Below are positions 60,706-64,000 of a stretch of DNA of 64,000 nt, piece after piece. Under the pieces are notes generated by a model. The model was not told the DNA's origin and made no database searches. It was given only the letters and a program-made list of their open reading frames with translations. Within the stretch, counting starts at the first letter, position 1. Each line of letters opens with the position of its first letter. Where the stretch lies: NCBI GenBank assembly GCA_965112735.1, contig OZ218952.1, positions 4,588,001 to 4,652,000 on the forward strand, written 5' to 3'. Origin of the DNA: Phaeosaccion multiseriatum (Eukaryota > Protista > Ochrophyta, other classes). The translations under genes were made by a program, and so were the position numbers.

Positions 60706-60856
60706 AATACCCGGGCATACATACCGTGCAGGCACAACGCCAATACCCGGGCATACATACCGTGCAGGCACAACGCCAATACCCGGGCACACATACCGTG
60801 CAGGCACAACGCCAATACCCGGGCATACATACCGTGCAGGCACAACGCCAATACCC
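60706..60856. repeat. Tandem repeat, 36 bp x4 plus a partial copy
   Basis: AATACCCGGGCATACATACCGTGCAGGCACAACGCC repeated head-to-tail with one substitution. Confidence 0.9.
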
Positions 60857-61565
60857 AGTAGCAGAGCACCACGGCAGGAGAATATACGCGACCGGCCCGC
60901 CGCTGCATACCCACGTAGGCACACAAGAGCTGTGAAGCGGAGCCTCTGTCGCGAATAAAGAAGGGCTCTGCCCTTCCTTCGCCTCGCAACTCCTTCCCTT
61001 CCCTTCCCTTCCCCTGCTTGCTCTGCCCCCTTTCCCCTCACGCCAAGCGCCCACAGGCTCTCTCCCGGGGCTTAGGGTTGGCTGCTTGTACTGAAGATCC
61101 TTCACCGGACCTCTTTCTTCAAGTGGTAGTACCGCCTTGAGAGGAGAGAGGGAGAGAGGGAGAGGAAAGAGAGAGGGACCAACCCAGCTCTGCTCTCGAT
61201 CCTCTCGATCCTCCTCCCCACCCGCGTACCAATGTTAGGACAAGCGAGTGCAACAGCCCAACGAGGCCCTGGCCATAGCCCTGGCCATCGGATAGCTCAG
61301 ACGCTGAGCATGTTGAGACTGAGACTGTCAAGTGGCCCTCCGCTGCCATCTTGGGCCTCGCACGCGCAGCGGGGCGCAGCAAGGCCAAAGGGCAATCGCG
61401 AGCTCCCTCTCCTCGCCCATTGCCACTCGTCTCTCTGTCGGCCCGTCTGAGACTTGTTATCCACTGCCTGACGGGAGGCTGGAGCGGGCCTCGCGTGCAA
61501 GCACACCATCGACAGACAGAGAGAGAGGCTCCATGGGCACCTCGGCATCTTATGGTTATGGACGG

Positions 61566-62391
61566 TCAGTGCATCTGCTGCTGCTGCTGCTGCTGCCGCC
61601 GCGGCGGCTCCCACTGCTGCAAAAATGAGCCACCTCCTCCCCCTCCTCCTCCTCCTCCTCCTACCCGTCGTCCTCTTCTTCTTCTTCTTCCTCCTCCTCC
61701 TCCTCCTCCTCCTCCTCCTCCTCCTCCTCCTCCTCCTCCTCCTCCTCCTCCTCCTCCTCCTGCTCCTGCTCCTCCTCCTGCTCCTCCTCGTCGTCCTCCT
61801 CCTCGTCCTCCTGCTCCTCCCCCTCCTCCTCCTGCTCCTCCTCCTCCTCCTCCCCATCCCCCCCCTCCTCCTCCTCCTCCTCCTCCTCCTCCTCCTCCTC
61901 GTCCTACTCCTCCCTTGATACTTCTTCCCCTCTGCTCTCTTACTGGGGCCCCTTTGGTCATGTTACCTCGCTGTTCACACACCACACGAGAGCAAACAAA
62001 CAAACAAACACCACAAGAGAGGTGCGTGGAGGGACCGACCCGAGATGAGGACAGTGTGGGGGGGTATGAAGGACGATGAGCAGAGGATGCGGAGAGCTCG
62101 GTGTGTTGGGAGGGGAGGTTGTACACACAAGAAGGGCATAAAAGGGCATACATCACAGTACTGAAAGGGCGTACATCACAGTACAGAAAGGGTATACATG
62201 GCAGTACTGAGTGCGTGAGTGAGTGAGGAAGGGAGTGGAGTGAGTGAGTAGGTGAGTGCGTGAGTGAGTGAGTGCGTGAGTGGAGTGAGTGAGTAGGTGA
62301 GTGCGTGAGTGAGTGAGTGCGTGAGTGGAGTGAGTGAGCAGGTGAGTGGGGAGGGAGTGGAGTTATTGAGAGGTCCTTGACCGACGTATCG

Positions 62392-62460
<69 letters not shown>

Positions 62461-64000
62461 ACATACCATGGTCCGCGGCGGATTCGGTGAAATCAGGTCG
62501 GGAGTAATGATGCCTCTATGAATGATGGCAATGAGGTGGTGTTTCCTCGCCTCAGCAAGGGCCACGTCTACAAAGGTCCGCGGGTGACGATTGGCGAGCC
62601 AGAGATACAAGTCAAGCACGTTGCTCTTGGAGCACAACGTACTCAGCTCTCCCAGTGACGTTGGGGTGTAATCTGCGTGTGTGCGTACGCGTGTATGTGT
62701 GTATGTTTGTGGAGGGGAGAAGTTGTGGGTGGGCGCGTGTTTTGTGTGCGTGTGTGTGCGTGAGTGTTTGGAGGAGGAGGGGATTGCGGTAATTGTATGG
62801 CAAGGATGGCAGTGGATGGTAGGGAAGACTAGTGGTCGCCGCACTAAGCCCCGCACACTTCTTAGGAACATCGATATCGTGTATGGAAGCCCTGTGAGCC
62901 CATCGATATCGGTCGGTTCTCGACATCAGTCAATAAACTGAAACTAAAAGGACTCAATCAAAGGATACAACAACAAAGCAACGTGGGCGTGAGCAAAGCA
63001 AAAATTCAAATTGTGGGGCTTGTGAAGGCACGCACCTTGTTCAGGAAGAACCATGTCGATCTTAGCGGGGCGGCCTGCACAGCCACAGAGGGAGGGAGGG
63101 AGGGAGGGAAAGAGAGGGAGAGGGGGTGGGGGTGAGAGAGAGGGGGAATGAGAGATTGGGGGTGAGAAGGAATGAAACGGAGAGAGGGAGAGGGGGCGTG
63201 AGAGAGAGGGAGAGGGAGAGGGAGAGGGAGAGGAGGTGAGAGAGTGAGAACGACAGAGAGGGGATGTGACGGAGTGGGAGAGGGAAGGGGAAAAGGAGAT
63301 AACGAGAGTGCCGACACACTATCCCAACCACACCAACCTTCTGCGTGCGCGTTCGCGAAGTGAACGAAGCTCTGTGTCTGCAGCACGTCCCTGGTGTTGA
63401 GGGGCGCAAGACAGAAGAGCCACCGATCGCCCAAGGTCAGATCAGTCGGGTGCAGCAGCTCGGCAGCAAGGCGAATGTCGTCGTGGTCATTGAGTGTGTA
63501 GAGAGGGTCGAGGCGGCAGATGCTGAGGAAGTGGTTCAAAGCGCCGGAGAGGTCCACAGGAGCTGCGGGTTGTTGCTCGCTTGCTGGTTCTCCAGGTCCT
63601 TCTACAGATGATGACGATGCAGATGATAACGACGACGACGACGATGATGATGATGATGATGACGATGATGCTTCCTGCTCCCCATCTGCTCCCCCCGCTG
63701 CTGGTGTATCACCAACTTCTGACCCTCTGGGCTGCCAAGTCTCCAGCTTTTCCTTTGGAGTATCAGATGGAGATAGAGAGAGAGAGAGTTGACAGACAAT
63801 AGAGAGAAAAGGAGGGAAGGAGGGAAGGGGGGAAGGAGGGAAGGGGGGAAGGGGGGAGCGGGGCTCGCTCGTGAGAGGCCATGACATGACATGAGCGTAT
63901 CGAGGAAAGAGAGGATTGACCCGCAATCACAGATCAGCCTACCGCAAGCTTCAGGCGCATGCTGTGCATAAAGAGACCCATCCATCGTTGTACCCGAGTC
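61566..64000 (-). CDS. SUV3: SUV3-like mitochondrial RNA helicase, C-terminal exons only (gene continues beyond the window; last exon uncertain)
   Basis: 'LSGALNHFLSICRLDPLY..AAELLHPTDLTLGDRWLFCLAP..SFVHFA' (about 63340-63560) and 'PTSLGELSTLCSKSNVLDLYLWLANRHPRTFVD' (about 62470-62670) match the Suv3 C-terminal domains. Confidence 0.7.
61630..61905. repeat. Long (CCT/GGA)n microsatellite
   Basis: About 90 imperfect CCT triplets. This is one of many simple repeats (CAG, GT, GA, GGA) in the window. Confidence 0.9.

Noticed and set aside
60706-60856. 36-bp repeats as a CRISPR array or a repeat protein (IPGHTYRAGTTP)n
   Set aside because: There are no spacers. All frames are open simply because the unit is 3n and stop-free, and there is no supporting gene structure.
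61297-62462. Poly-Pro, poly-Arg and poly-Leu ORFs (extensin/formin-like)
   Set aside because: These are alternative-frame translations of a (CCT)n microsatellite.

Overview
Gene-dense, GC-rich nuclear DNA of a photosynthetic stramenopile, most likely a eustigmatophyte. The evidence is a VCP/Lhcf antenna gene, ASAF-type bipartite plastid targeting signals, a PSTALRE CDK and GT-AG spliceosomal introns full of microsatellites. I can support about 16 protein genes: Rad21/Rec8 C-terminus, HAD hydrolase, coiled-coil repeat protein, intronless eukaryotic UDP-galactopyranose mutase, ~26-exon glutamate synthase large subunit, PITH protein, SOQ1-like Trx/NHL protein, plastid uS15-like protein, degenerate NF-YA, YbaB/EbfC, CDKA2-type kinase, WD40 protein, LHC, NOP2, MFS transporter, a tail-anchored unknown and a partial SUV3 helicase. 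There is one clean MITE (30-bp TIRs, 6-bp TSD) and several minisatellites. The most striking unexplained signal is a dispersed DNA motif, (CAGCA)GTTGGTGATAC(AGCAG). It has 8 exact and about 14 near-exact copies in exons (in two different reading frames), introns and intergenic DNA. Also notable are the purine-5'/pyrimidine-3' complementary polarity of many introns and a SOQ1-like protein that lacks its redox cysteines. Exon boundaries were read by eye and are approximate.
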